NCBI GenBank assembly: GCA_964016885.1
Contig: OZ024740.1
Coordinates: 137,640,001 to 137,704,000 of the forward strand
DNA length: 64,000 nt
Origin: Eledone cirrhosa
Lineage: Eukaryota
Reading direction: 5' to 3'
The translations under genes were made by a program, and so were the position numbers. Below the pieces are notes generated by a model that saw nothing but the letters and a program-made list of their open reading frames with translations, was not told the DNA's origin and did not search any database. The first letter of the stretch is position 1; every line of letters starts with the position of its first letter. Below are positions 29,871-44,100 of the stretch, in pieces.

Positions 29871-32070
29871 AATCTCCAATTCTCTCTTTCTCTTCTCACA
29901 TTTCCCCCAATCTCCAATTCTCTCTTTCTCTCATCGCTTTTCTCTCAATCTCCAATTCTCTCTTTCTCTCCTCACTTTTCTCTGAATCTCCAATTCTCTC
30001 TTTATCTTCTCACTTTTCTCTCAATCTCCAATCCTCTCTTTCTGTTCTCAGTTTACTCCCAATCTACAATTCTCTCTTTCTCTCATCACTTTTCTCTCAA
30101 TCTCCAATTCTCTCTTTCTCTCATCACTTTTCCCCCAATCTCCAATTCTCTCTTTCTATTATCACTTTTCTCTCAATCTCCAATTCTCTCATTCTCTTAT
30201 CAATTTTCTCTCAATCTCCAATTCTTTCTTTCTCTAGTCACTTTTCCCCCAATCTCCAATTCTCTCTTTCTCTTATCACTTTTCTCTCAATCTCCAATTC
30301 TCTCTTTCTCTTATCACTTTTCCCCCAATCTCCAATTCTCTCTTTATCTTATCACTTTTCTCTCAATCTCCAATTCTATCTTTCTCTTATCACATTTCCC
30401 CCTATCTCCAATTCTCTCTTTCTCTCATCACTTTTCTCTCAATCTCCAATTCTCTCTTTCTCTCCTCACTTTTCTCTGAATCTCCAATTCTCTCTTAATC
30501 TTCTCACTTTTCTCTCAATCTCCAATCCTCTCTTTCTATTTTTAGTTTACTCCCAATCTACAATTCTCTCTTTCCCTCATCACTTTTCTCTCAATCTCCA
30601 ATTCTCTCTTTCTCTTATCACTTTTCCCCCAATCTCCAATTCTCTCTTTCTATTATCCCTTTTCTCTCAATCTCCAATTCTGTCTTTCTATTCTCACATT
30701 TCCCCCAATCTCCAATTCTCTCTTTCTCTCATCACTCTTCTCTCAATCTCCAATTCTCTCTTTCTCTCCTCACTTTTCTCTGAATCTCCAATTCTCTCAT
30801 AATCTTCTCACGTTTCTCTCAAACTCCAATCCTCTCTTTCTGTTCTCAGTTTACTCCCAATCTACAATTCTCTCTTTCCCTCATCACTTTTCTCTCAATC
30901 TCCAATTCTCTCTTTCTCTTATCACTTTTCCCCCAATCTCCAATTCTCTCTTTCTATTATCACTTTTCTCTCAATCTCCAATTCTCTCTTTCTCTTATCA
31001 CTTTTCTCTCAATCTCCAATTCTCTCTTTCTCTTCTCACATTTCCCCCAATCTCCAATTCTCTCTTTCTCTCATCACTTTTCTCTCAATCTCCAATTCTC
31101 CTTTTCACTTATCACTTTTTCCTCAATCTCCAATTCTTTCTTTCTCTTATCACTTTTCTCTCAATCTCCAATTCTCTCTTTCTCTTATCACTTTTTCCCC
31201 AATCTCCAATTCTCTCTTTCTCTTATCACTTTTCTCTCAATCTCCAATTCTCTCTTTCTCTTATCACTTTTCTCTCAATCTCCAATTCTCTCTTTCTCTT
31301 CTCACATTTCCCCCAATCTCCAATTCTCTCTTTCCCTCATCGCTTTTCTCTCAATCTCCAATTCTCTCTTTCTCTCCTCACTTTTCTCTGAATCTCCAAT
31401 TCTCTCTTTATCTTCTCACTTTTCTCTCAATCTCCAATCCTCTCTTTCTGTTCTCAGTTTACTCCCAATCTACAATTCTCTCTTTCTCTCATCACTTTTC
31501 TCTCAATCTCCAATTCTCTCTTTCTCTCATCACTTTTCCCCCAATCTCCAATTCTCTCTTTCTATTATCACTTTTCTCTCAATCTCCAATTCTCTCTTTC
31601 TCTTATCAATTTTCTCTCAATCTCCAATTCTTTCTTTCTCTAGTCACTTTTCCCCCAATCTCCAATTCTCTCTTTCTCTTATCACTTTTCTCTCAATCTC
31701 CAATTCTCTCTTTCTTTTATCACTTTTCCCCCAATCTTCAATTCTCTCTTTATCTTATCACTTTTCTCTCAATCTCCAATTCTATCTTTCTCTTATCACA
31801 TTTCCCCCTATCTCCAATTCTCTCTTTCTCTCATCACTTTTCTCTCAATCTCCAATTCTCTCTTTCTCTCCTCACTTTTCTCTGAATCTCCAATTCTCTC
31901 TTAATCTTCTCACTTTTCTCTCAATCTCCAATCCTCTCTTTCTATTCTCAGTTTACTCCCAATCTACAATTCTCTCTTTCCCTCATCACTTTTCTCTCAA
32001 TCTCCAATTCTCTCTTTCTCTTATCACTTTTCCCCCAATCTCCAATTCTCTCTTTCTATTATCCCTTTTC
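29350..32070 (+). repeat. Tandem duplication of a ~37-monomer block (1,406 bp offset)
   Basis: The private variants ctagtcac (tag at 30235 and 31641) and cccctatctcc (ta at 30403 and 31809) share an offset of 1,406 = 37x38. Confidence 0.85.
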
Positions 32071-32799
32071 TCTCAATCTCCAATTCTCTCTTTCTCTTAT
32101 CACCTTTCCCCCAATCTCCAATTCTCTCTTTCTCTTATCACTTTTCTCTCAATCTCCAATTCTTTCTTTCTCTTATCACTTTTCTCTCAATCTCCAATTC
32201 TCTCTTTCTCTTATCACTTTTCCCCCATCTCCAATTCTCTCTTTCTTTTATCACTTTTCTCTCAATCTCCAATTCTCTCTTTCTCTTATCACTTTTCTCT
32301 CCATCTCCAATTCTCTCTTTCTCTTATCACTTTTCCCCCAATCTCCAATTCTCTCTTTCTATTATCACTTTTCTCTCAATCTCCAATTCTCTCTTTCTCT
32401 TATCACTGTTCTCTCAATCTCCAATTCTCTCTTTCTCTTATCACTTTTCTCTCAATCTCCAATTCCCTCTTTCTCTTATCACTTTTCTCTCAATCTCCAA
32501 TTCTCTCTTTCTCTTGTCACTTTTCTCTCAATCTCCAATTCTCTTTTCTCTTATCACTTTTCCCCCAATGTCCAATTCTCTCTTTCTCTTATCACTTTTC
32601 TCTCAATCTCCAATTCTCTCTTTCTTTTATCACTTTTCCCCCAATCTCCAATTCTCTCTTTCTCTTATCAATTTTCTCTCAATCTCCAATTCTCTTTTCT
32701 CTTATCACTTTTCCCCCAATCTCCAATTCTCTCTTTCTCTTATCACTTTTCTCTCACTCTACAATTCTCTCTTTCTTTTATCACTTTTCCCCCAATCTC

Positions 32800-35700
32800 C
32801 AATTCTCTCTTTCTATTATGACTTTTCTCTCAATCTCCAATTCTCTCTTTCTCTTATCACCTTTCCCCCAATCTCCAAGTCTCTCTTTCTGTTATCAATT
32901 TTCTCTCAATCTCCAATTCTTTCTTTCTCTTATCACTTTTCTCTCAATCTCCAATTCTCTCTTTCTCTTATCACTTTTCCCCCAATCTCCAATTCTCTCT
33001 TTCTATTATCACTTTTCTCTCAATCTCCAATTCTCTCTTTCCATCACTTTTCTCTCCATCTCCAAGTCTCTCTTTCTCTTATCACTTTTCTCTCAATCTC
33101 CAAATCTCTCTTTCTCTCATCACTTTTCTCTCAATCTCCAATTCTCTCTTTCTCTTATCACTTTTCTCTCAATCTCCAATTCTCTCTTTCTCTTATCACT
33201 TTTCCCCCATCTCCAATTCTCTCTTACTCTTATCACTTTTCTCTCAAACTCCAATTCTCTCTTTCTCAAATAACTTTTCTCTCAATCTCCTATTCTCTCT
33301 TTCTCTTATCACTTTTCTCTCAATCTCCAATTCCCTCTTTCTCTTATCACTTTTCTCTCAATCTCTAATTATCTCTTTCTCTTGTCACTTTTCTCTCAAT
33401 CTCCAATTCTCTCTTTCTCTTATCACTTTTCTCTCAATCTCCAATTCTCTCTTTCTCTTATCACTTTTCTCCCCAATCTCCAATTCTCTCTTTCTCTTAT
33501 CACTTTTCTCTCACTCTCCAATTCTCTCTTTCTCTTATGACTTTTCCCCCAATCTCCAATTCTCTGTTTCTCTTATCCCTTTTCTCTCAATCTCCAATTC
33601 TCTCTTTCTTTTCTCGCTTTTCCCCCAATCTCCAATTCTCTCTTTCTCTTCACACTTTTCCCCCAATCTCCAATTCTCTCTTTCTCTTATCACTTTTCCC
33701 CCAATCTCTAATTCTCTCTTTCTCTTATCCCTTTTCTCTCAATCTCCAATTCTCTCAATCTCTTATCAATTTTCTCTCAATCTCCAATTCCCTCTTTCTT
33801 TTATAATTTTCTCTCAATCTCTAATTCTCTCTTTCTCTCATCACTTTTCCCCCAATCTCCAATTCTCTCTTTCTCTTATCACTTTTCTCTCAATCTCCAA
33901 TTCTCTCTTTCTCTTATCACTTTCCCCCAATCTCCAATTCTCTCTTTCTCTTATCACTTTTCTCTCACTCTCCAATTCTCTATTTCTCTTATGACGTTTC
34001 CCCCAATCCCCAATTCTCTCTTTCTATTATCACTTTTCTCTCAATCTCCAATTCTTTCTTTCTCTTATGACTTTAACTCACTCTCCAATTCTCTCTTTCT
34101 CTTATCACTTTTCTCTCACTCTCCAATTGTCTCTTTTTCTTATGACTTTTCCCCCAATCTCCAATTCTCTCTTTCTCTTATCAATTTTCTCTCAATCTCC
34201 AATTCTTTCTTTCTCTAATCACTTTTCCCCCAATCTCCAATTCTCTCTTTCTCTTATCACTTTTCTCTCAATCTCCAATTCTCTCTTTTCACTTATCACT
34301 TTTTTCTCAATCTCCAATTCTCTCTTTCTCTTATCACTTTTCTCTCAATCTCCAATTCTCTCTTTCTCTTATCACTTTTCCCCCAATCTCCAATTCTCTC
34401 TTTCTCTCATCACTTTTCTCTCAATCTCCAATTCTCTCTTTCTCTTATCACTTTTCTCTCAATCTCCAATTCTCTCTTTCTCTTATCACTTTTTCCCCAA
34501 TCTCCAATTCTCTCTTTCTCTTCTCACATTTCCCCCAATCTCCAATTCTCTCTTTGTCTCATCACTTTTCTCTCAATCTCCAATTCTCTCTTTCTCTCCT
34601 CACTTTTCTCTGAATCTCCAATTCTCTCTTTATCTTCTCACTTTTCTCTCAATCTCCAATCCTCTCTTTCTGTTCTCAGTTTACTCCCAATCTCCAATTC
34701 TCTCTTTCTCTTATCACTTTTCTCTCAAACTCCAATTCTCTCTTTCTCTTATCACTTTTCCCCCAATCTCCAATTCTCTCTTTCTACTATGACTTTTCTC
34801 TCAATCTCCAATTCTCTCTTTCTCTTATCACCTTTCCCCCAATCTCCAATTCTCTCTTTCTGTTATCAATTTTCTCTCAATCTCCAATTCTTTCTTTCTC
34901 TTATCACTTTTCTCTCAATCTCCAATTCTCTCTTTCACTTATCACTTTTCCCCCAATCTCCAATTCTCTCTTTCTATTATCACTTTTCTCTCAATCTCCA
35001 ATTCTCTCTTTCCATCACTTTTCTCTCCATCTCCAAGTCTCTCTTTCTCTTATCACTTTTCTCTCAATCTCCAAATCTCTCTTTCTCTCATCACTTTTCT
35101 CTCAATCTCCAATTCTCTCTTTCTCTTATCACTTTTCTCTCAATCTCCAATTCTCTCTTTCTCTTATCACTTTTCCCCCATCTCCAATTCTCTCTTACTC
35201 TTATCACTTTTCTCTCAATCTCCAATTCTCTCTTTCTCAAATAACTTTTCTCTCAATCTCCTATTCTCTCTTTCTCTTATCACTTTTCTCTCAATCTCCA
35301 ATTCTCTCTTTCTCTTATCACTTTTCTCTCAATCTCCAATTCTCTCTTTCTCTTATCACTTTTCTCTCAATCTCCAATTCTCTCTTTCTCTTATCACTTT
35401 TTCCCCAATCTCCAATTCTCTCTTTCTCTTCTCACATTTCCCCCAATCTCCAATTCTCTCTTTCTCTCATCACTTTTCTCTCAATCTCCAATTCTCTCTT
35501 TCTCTCCTCACTTTTCTCTGAATCTCCAATTCTCTCTTTATCTTCTCACTTTTCTCTCAATCTCCAATCCTCTCTTTCTGTTCTCAGTTTACTCCCAATC
35601 TCCAATTCTCTCTTTCTCTTATCACTTTTCTCTCAAACTCCAATTCTCTCTTTCTCTTATCACTTTTCCCCCAATCTCCAATTCTCTCTTTCTATTATGA

Positions 35701-38100
35701 CTTTTCTCTCAATCTCCAATTCTCTCTTTCTCTTATCACCTTTCCCCCAATCTCCAATTCTCTCTTTCTGTTATCAATTTTCTCTCAATCTCCAATTCTT
35801 TCTTTCTCTTATCACTTTTCTCTCAATCTCCAATTCTCTCTTTCTCTTATCACTTTTCCCCCAATCTCCAATTCTCTCTTTCTATTATCACTTTTCTCTC
35901 AATCTCCAATTCTCTCTTTCCATCACTTTTCTCTCCATCTCCAAGTCTCTCTTTCTCTTATCACTTTTCTCTCAATCTCCAAATCTCTCTTTCTCTCATC
36001 ACTTTTCTCTCAATCTCCAATTCTCTCTTTCTCTTATCACTTTTCTCTCAATCTCCAATTCTCTCTTTCTCTTATCACTTTTCCCCCATCTCCAATTCTC
36101 TCTTACTCTTATCACTTTTCTCTCAAACTCCAATTCTCTCTTTCTCAAATAACTTTTCTCTCAATCTCCTATTCTCTCTTTCTCTTATCACTTTTCTCTC
36201 AATCTCCAATTCCCTCTTTCTCTTATCACTTTTCTCTCAATCTCTAATTATCTCTTTCTCTTGTCACTTTTCTCTCAATCTCCAATTCTCTCTTTCTCTT
36301 ATCACTTTTCTCTCAATCTCCAATTCTCTCTTTCTCTTATCACTTTTCTCCCCAATCTCCAATTCTCTCTTTCTCTTATCACTTTTCTCTCACTCTCCAA
36401 TTCTCTCTTTCTCTTATGACTTTTCCCCCAATCTCCAATTCTCTCTTTCTCTTCACACTTTTCCCCCAATCTCCAATTCTCTCTTTCTCTTATCACTTTT
36501 CCCCCAATCTCTAATTCTCTCTTTCTCTTATTCCTTTTCTCTCAATCTCCAATTCTCTCAATCTCTTATCAATTTTCTCTCAATCTCCAATTCCCTCTTT
36601 CTTTTATAATTTTCTCTCAATCTCTAATTCTCTCTTCCTCTCATCACTTTTCCCCCAATCTCCAATTCTCTCTTTCTCTTATCACTTTTCTCTCAATCTC
36701 CAATTCTCTCTTTCTCTTATCACTTTCCCCCAATCTCCAATTCTCTCTTTCTCTTATCACTTTTCTCTCACTCTCCAATTCTCTATTTCTCTTATGACGT
36801 TTCCCCCAATCCCCAATTCTCTCTTTCTATTATCACTTTTCTCTCAATCTCCAATTCTTTCTTTCTCTTATGACTTTAACTCACTCTCCAATTCTCTCTT
36901 TCTCTTATCACTTTTCTCTCACTCTCCAATTGTCTCTTTTTCTTATGACTTTTCCCCCAATCTCCAATTCTCTCTTTCTCTTATCAATTTTCTCTCAATC
37001 TCCAATTCTTTCTTTCTCTAATCACTTTTCCCCCAATCTCCAATTCTCTCTTTCTCTTATCACTTTTCTCTCAATCTCCAATTCTCTCTTTTCACTTATC
37101 ACTTTTTTCTCAATCTCCAATTCTCTCTTTCTCTTATCACTTTTCTCTCAATCTCCAATTCTCTCTTTCTCTTATCACTTTTCCCCCAATCTCCAATTCT
37201 CTCTTTCTCTCATCACTTTTCTCTCAATCTCCAATTCTCTCTTTCTCTTATCACTTTTCTCTCAATCTCCAATTCTCTCTTTCTCTTATCACTTTTTCCC
37301 CAATCTCCAATTCTCTCTTTCTCTTCTCACATTTCCCCCAATCTCCAATTCTCTCTTTCTCTCATCACTTTTCTCTCAATCTCCAATTCTCTCTTTCTCT
37401 CCTCACTTTTCTCTGAATCTCCAATTCTCTCTTTATCTTCTCACTTTTCTCTCAATCTCCAATCCTCTCTTTCTGTTCTCAGTTTACTCCCAATCTCCAA
37501 TTCTCTCTTTCTCTTATCACTTTTCTCTCAAACTCCAATTCTCTCTTTCTCTTATCACTTTTCCCCCAATCTCCAATTCTCTCTTTCTACTATGACTTTT
37601 CTCTCAATCTCCAATTCTCTCTTTCTCTTATCACCTTTCCCCCAATCTCCAATTCTCTCTTTCTGTTATCAATTTTCTCTCAATCTCCAATTCTTTCTTT
37701 CTCTTATCACTTTTCTCTCAATCTCCAATTCTCTCTTTCACTTATCACTTTTCCCCCAATCTCCAATTCTCTCTTTCTATTATCACTTTTCTCTCAATCT
37801 CCAATTCTCTCTTTCCATCACTTTTCTCTCCATCTCCAAGTCTCTCTTTCTCTTATCACTTTTCTCTCAATCTCCAAATCTCACTTTCTCTCATCACTTT
37901 TCTCTCAATCTCCAATTCTCTCTTTCTCTTATCACTTTTCTCTCAATCTCCAATTCTCTCTTTCTCTTATCACTTTTCCCCCATCTCCAATTCTCTCTTA
38001 CTCTTATCACTTTTCTCTCAATCTCCAATTCTCTCTTTCTCAAATAACTTTTCTCTCAATCTCCTATTCTCTCTTTCTCTTATCACTTTTCTCTCAATCT
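32800..38100 (+). repeat. Higher-order duplication with 2,803-bp offset, plus an internal 908-bp repeat
   Basis: ORF pairs 33991/36794, 34067/36870 and 34789/37592 are all offset by 2,803. ORFs 34789/35697 are offset by 908. Confidence 0.85.
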
Positions 38101-41100
38101 CCAATTCCCTCTTTCTCTTATCACTTTTCTCTCAATCTCTAATTATCTCTTTCTCTTGTCACTTTTCTCTCAATCTCCAATTCTCTCTTTCTCTTATCAC
38201 TTTTCTCTCAATCTCCAATTCTCTCTTTCTCTTATCACTTTTCTCCCCAATCTCCAATTCTCTCTTTCTCTTATCACTTTTCTCTCACTCTCCAATTCTC
38301 TCTTTCTCTTATGACTTTTCCCCCAATCTCCAATTCTCTGTTTCTCTTATCCCTTTTCTCTCAATCTCCAATTCTCTCTTTCTTTTCTCGCTTTTCCCCC
38401 AATCTCCAATTCTCTCTTTCTCTTCACACTTTTCCCCCAATCTCCAATTCTCTCTTTCTCTTATCACTTTTCCCCCAATCTCTAATTCTCTCTTTCTCTT
38501 ATCCCTTTTCTCTCAATCTCCAATTCTCTCAATCTCTTATCAATTTTCTCTCAATCTCCAATTCCCTCTTTCTTTTATAATTTTCTCTCAATCTCTAATT
38601 CTCTCTTTCTCTCATCACTTTTCCCCCAATCTCCAATTCAATTCTCTCTTTCTCTTATCACTTTTCTCTCAATCTCCAATTCTCTCTTTCTCTTATCACT
38701 TTCCCCCAATCTCCAATTCTCTCTTTCTCTTAACACTTTTCTCTCACTCTCCAATTCTCTATTTCTCTTATGACGTTTCCCCCAATCCCCAATTCTCTCT
38801 TTCTATAACACTTTTCTCTCAATCTCCAATTCTTTCTTTCTCTAATCACTTTTCCCCCAATCTCCAATCTCTCACTTCTCTTCTCACTTTTCTCTCAATC
38901 TCCAATCCAACTCTTCTTTTCTCATTTTACCCCCAATCTCCAATTCCTCTCTTTCTCATATCACTTTAACTTTTAATCTCCAATTCTCTCTTCTCTTATC
39001 ACTTTCTCAATCTTCAATCCCTCTTTCTCTATCACTTATCTCTCAATCTCCAATACTCTCTTTCTCTTATCACTATTCCTCACAATCTCCAATTCTCTCT
39101 TTCTCTTATCACTTTTCCCCCCAATCTCCAATTCTCTCTTTCTCTAATCACATTTCTCTCATTCTCCAATTCTCTCTTTCTCTTATCACTTTTCTCTCAA
39201 TCTCCAATTCTCTCTTTCTCTTATCACTTTTTCCCCAATCTCCAAATCTCTCTTTCTCTTCTCACATTACCCCCAATCTCCAATTCTCTCTTTCTCTCAT
39301 CACTTTTCTCTCAATCTCCAATTCTCTCTTTCTCACCTCACATTTCTCTGAATCTCCAATTCTCTCTTTATCTTCTCACTTTTCTCTCAATCTCCAATCC
39401 TCTCTTTCTGTTCTCAGTTAACTCCCAATCTCCAATTCACTCTTTCTCTTATCACTTTTCTCTCAAACTCCAATTCTCTCTTTCTCTTATCACTTTTCCC
39501 CCAATCTCCAATTCTCTCTTTCTATTATGACTTTTCTCTCAATCTCCAATTCACTCTTTCTCTTATCACCTTTCCCCCAATCTCCAAATTCCTCTCTTCT
39601 GTTATCAATTTTCTCTCAATTCCAATTCTTCTTTCTCTTATCACTTTTCTCTCAATCTCCAATTCTCTCTTTCACTTATCACTTTTCCCCCAATCTCCAA
39701 TTCTCTCTTTCTATTATCACTTTTCTCTCAATCTCCAATTCTCTCTTTCCATCACTTTTCTCTCCATCTCCAAGTCTCTCTTTCTCTTATCACTTTTCTC
39801 TCAATCTCCAAATCTCTCTTTCTCTCATCCTTTTCTCTCTCAATCTCCAATTCTCTCCTTTCCTTATCACTTTTCTCTCAATCTCCAATTCTCTCTTTCT
39901 CTTATCACTTTTCCCCCATCTCCAATTCTCTCTTACTCTTATCACTTTCTCTCAATCTCCAATTCTCTCTTTCTCAAATAACTTTTCTCTCAATCTCCTA
40001 TTCTCTCTTTCTCTTATCACTTTTCTCTCAATCTCCAATTCCCTCTTTCTCTTATCACTTTTCTCTCAATCTCTAATTATCTCTTTCTCTTGTCACTTTT
40101 CTCTCAATCTCCAATTCATCTCTTTCTCTTATCACTTTTCTCTCAATCTCCCATTCTCTCTTTCTCTTATCACTTTTCTCCCCAATCTCCAATTCTCTCT
40201 TTCTCTTATCACTTTTCTCTCACTCTCCAATTCTCTCTTTCTCTTATGACTTTTCCCCCAATCTCCAATTCTCTCTTTCTCTATCACTTTTCTCTCAATC
40301 TCCAAATCTCTCTTTCTCTCATCACTTTTCTCTCAATCTCCAATTCTCTCTTTCTCTTATCACTTTTCTCTCAATCTCCAATTCTCTCTATCTCTTATCA
40401 CTTTTCCCCCATCTCCAATTCTCTCTTACTCTTATCACTTTTCTCTCAATCTCCAATTCTCTCTTTCTCAAATAACTTTTCTCTCAATCTCCTATTCTCT
40501 CTTTCTCTTATCACTTTTCTCTCAATCTCCAATTCCCTCTTTCTCTTATCACTTTTCTCTCAATCTCTAATTATCTCTTTCTCTTGTCACTTTTCTCTCA
40601 ATGTCCAATTCTCTCTTTCTCTTATCACTTTTCTCTCAATCTCCAATTCTCTCTTTCTCTTATCACTTTTCTCCCCAAATCTCCAATTCTCTCTTTCTCT
40701 TATCACTTTTCTCTCACTCTCCAATTCTCTCTTTCTCTTATGACTTTTCCCCAATCTCCATTCTCTGTTTCTCTTATCCCTTTTCTCTCAATCTCCAATT
40801 CTCTCTTTCTTTTCTCGCTTTTCCCCCAATCTCCAATTCTCTCTTTCCTCTTCACACTTTTCCCCAATCTCCAATTCTCTCTTCTCTTATCACTTTTCCC
40901 CCAATCTCTAATTCTCTCTTTCTCTTATCCCTTTTCTCTCAATCTCCAATTCTCTCAATCTCTTATCAATTTTCTCTCAATCTCCAATTCCCTCTTTCTT
41001 TTATAATTTTCTCTCAATCTCTAATTCTCTCTTTCTCTCATCACTTTTCCCCAATCTCCAATTCTCTCTTTCTCTTATCACTTTTCTCTCAATCTCCAAT

Positions 41101-44100
41101 TCTCTCTTTCTCTTATCACTTTCCCCAATCTCCAATTCTCTCTTTCTCTTATCACTTTTCTCACACTCTCCAATTCACTATTTCTCTTATGACGTTTCCC
41201 CCAATCCCCAATTCTCTCTTTCTATTATCACTTTTCTCTCAATCTCCAATTCTTTTCTTTCTCTAATCACTTTTCCCCCAATCTCCAATTCTCTCTCTTT
41301 CTCTTCTCACTTTTCTCTCAATCTCCAATCCTCTCTTTCTGTTCTCATTTTACCCCCAATCTCCAATTCTCTCTTTCTCTTATCACTTTTCTTATAATCT
41401 CCAATTCTCTCTTTCTCTTATCACTTTTCTCTCAATCTTCAATTCCCTCTTTCTCTTATCACTTTTCTCTCAATCTCCAATTCTCTCTTTCTCTTATCAC
41501 TTTTCTCTCAATCTCCAATTCTCTCTTTCTCTTATCACTTTTCCCCCAATCTCCAATTCTCTCTTTCTCTTATCACTTTTCTCTCATTCTCCAATTCTCT
41601 CTTTCTCTTATCACTTTTCTCTCAACCTCCAATTCTCTCTTTCTCTTATCACTTTTTCCCCAATCTCCAATTCTCTCTTTCTCTTCTCACATTTCCCCCA
41701 ATCTCCAATTCTCTCTTTCTCTCATCACTTTTCTCTCAATCTCCAATTCTCTCTTTCTCTCCTCACTTTTCTCTGAATCTCCAATTCTCTCTTTATCTTC
41801 TCACTTTTCTCTCAATCTCCAATCCTCTCTTTCTGTTCTCAGTTTACTCCCAATCTCCAATTCTCTCTTTCTCTTATCACTTTTCTCTCAAACTCCAATT
41901 CTCTCTTTCTCTTATCACTTTTCCCCCAATCTCCAATTCTCTCTTTCTATTATGACTTTTCTCTCAATCTCCAATTCTCTCTTTCTCTTATCACCTTTCC
42001 CCCAATCTCCAATTCTCTCTTTCTGTTATCAATTTTCTCTCAATCTCCAATTCTTTCTTTCTCTTATCACTTTTCTCTCAATCTCCAATTCTCTCTTTCA
42101 CTTATCACTTTTCCCCCAATCTCCAATTCTCTCTTTCTATTATCACTTTTCTCTCAATCTCCAATTCTCTCTTTCCATCACTTTTCTCTCCATCTCCAAG
42201 TCTCTCTTTCTCTTATCACTTTTCTCTCAATCTCCAAATCTCTCTTTCTCTCATCACTTTTCTCTCAATCTCCAATTCTCTCTTTCTCTTATCACTTTTC
42301 TCTCAATCTCCAATTCTCTCTTTCTCTTATCACTTTTCCCCCATCTCCAATTCTCTCTTACTCTTATCACTTTTCTCTCAATCTCCAATTCTCTCTTTCT
42401 CAAATAACTTTTCTCTCAATCTCCTATTCTCTCTTTCTCTTATCACTTTTCTCTCAATCTCTAATTCCCTCTTTCTCTTATCACTTTTCTCTCAATCTCT
42501 AATTATCTCTTTCTCTTGTCACTTTTCTCTCAATCTCCAATTCTCTCTTTCTCTTATCACTTTTCTCTCAATCTCCAATTCTCTCTTTCTCTTATCACTT
42601 TTCTCCCCAATCTCCAATTCTCTCTTTCTCTTATCACTTTTCTCTCACTCTCCAATTCTCTCTTTCTCTTATGACTTTTCCCCCAATCTCCAATTCTCTG
42701 TTTCTCTTATCCCTTTTCTCTCAATCTCCAATTCTCTCTTTCTTTTCTCGCTTTTCCCCCAATCTCCAATTCTCTCTTTCTCTTCACACTTTTCCCCCAA
42801 TCTCCAATTCTCTCTTTCTCTTATCACTTTTCCCCCAATCTCTAATTCTCTCTTTCTCTTATCCCTTTTCTCTCAATCTCCAATTCTCTCAATCTCTTAT
42901 CAATTTTCTCTCAATCTCCAATTCCCTCTTTCTTTTATAATTTTCTCTCAATCTCTAATTCTCTCTTTCTCTCATCACTTTTCCCCCAATCTCCAATTCT
43001 CTCTTTCTCTTATCACTTTTCTCTCAATCTCCAATTCTCTCTTTCTCTTATCACTTTCCCCCAATCTCCAATTCTCTCTTTCTCTTATCACTTTTCTCTC
43101 ACTCTCCAATTCTCTATTTCTCTTATGACGTTTCCCCCAATCCCCAATTCTCTCTTTCTATTATCACTTTTCTCTCAATCTCCAATTCTTTCTTTCTCTA
43201 ATCACTTTTCCCCCAATCTCCAATTCTCTCTTTCTCTTATCACTTTTCTCTCAATCTCCAATTCTCTCTTTTCACTTATCACTTTTTTCTCAATCTCCAA
43301 TTCTCTCTTTCTCTTATCACTTTTCTCTCAATCTCCAATTCTCTCTTTCTCTTATCACTTTTCCCCCAATCTCCAATTCTCTCTTTCTCTCATCACTTTT
43401 CTCTCAATCTCCAATTCTCTCTTTCTCTTATCACTTTTCTCTCAATCTCCAATTCTCTCTTTCTCTTATCACTTTTTCCCCAATCTCCAATTCTCTCTTT
43501 CTCTTCTCACATTTCCCCCAATCTCCAATTCTCTCTTTCTCTCATCACTTTTCTCTCAATCTCCAATTCTCTCTTTCTCTCCTCACTTTTCTCTGAATCT
43601 CCAATTCTCTCTTTATCTTCTCACTTTTCTCTCAATCTCCAATCCTCTCTTTCTGTTCTCAGTTTACTCCCAATCTCCAATTCTCTCTTTCTCTTATCAC
43701 TTTTCTCTCAAACTCCAATTCTCTCTTTCTCTTATCACTTTTCCCCCAATCTCCAATTCTCTCTTTCTACTATGACTTTTCTCTCAATCTCCAATTCTCT
43801 CTTTCTCTTATCACCTTTCCCCCAATCTCCAATTCTCTCTTTCTGTTATCAATTTTCTCTCAATCTCCAATTCTTTCTTTCTCTTATCACTTTTCTCTCA
43901 ATCTCCAATTCTCTCTTTCACTTATCACTTTTCCCCCAATCTCCAATTCTCTCTTTCTATTATCACTTTTCTCTCAATCTCCAATTCTCTCTTTCCATCA
44001 CTTTTCTCTCCATCTCCAAGTCTCTCTTTCTCTTATCACTTTTCTCTCAATCTCCAAATCTCTCTTTCTCTCATCACTTTTCTCTCAATCTCCAATTCTC

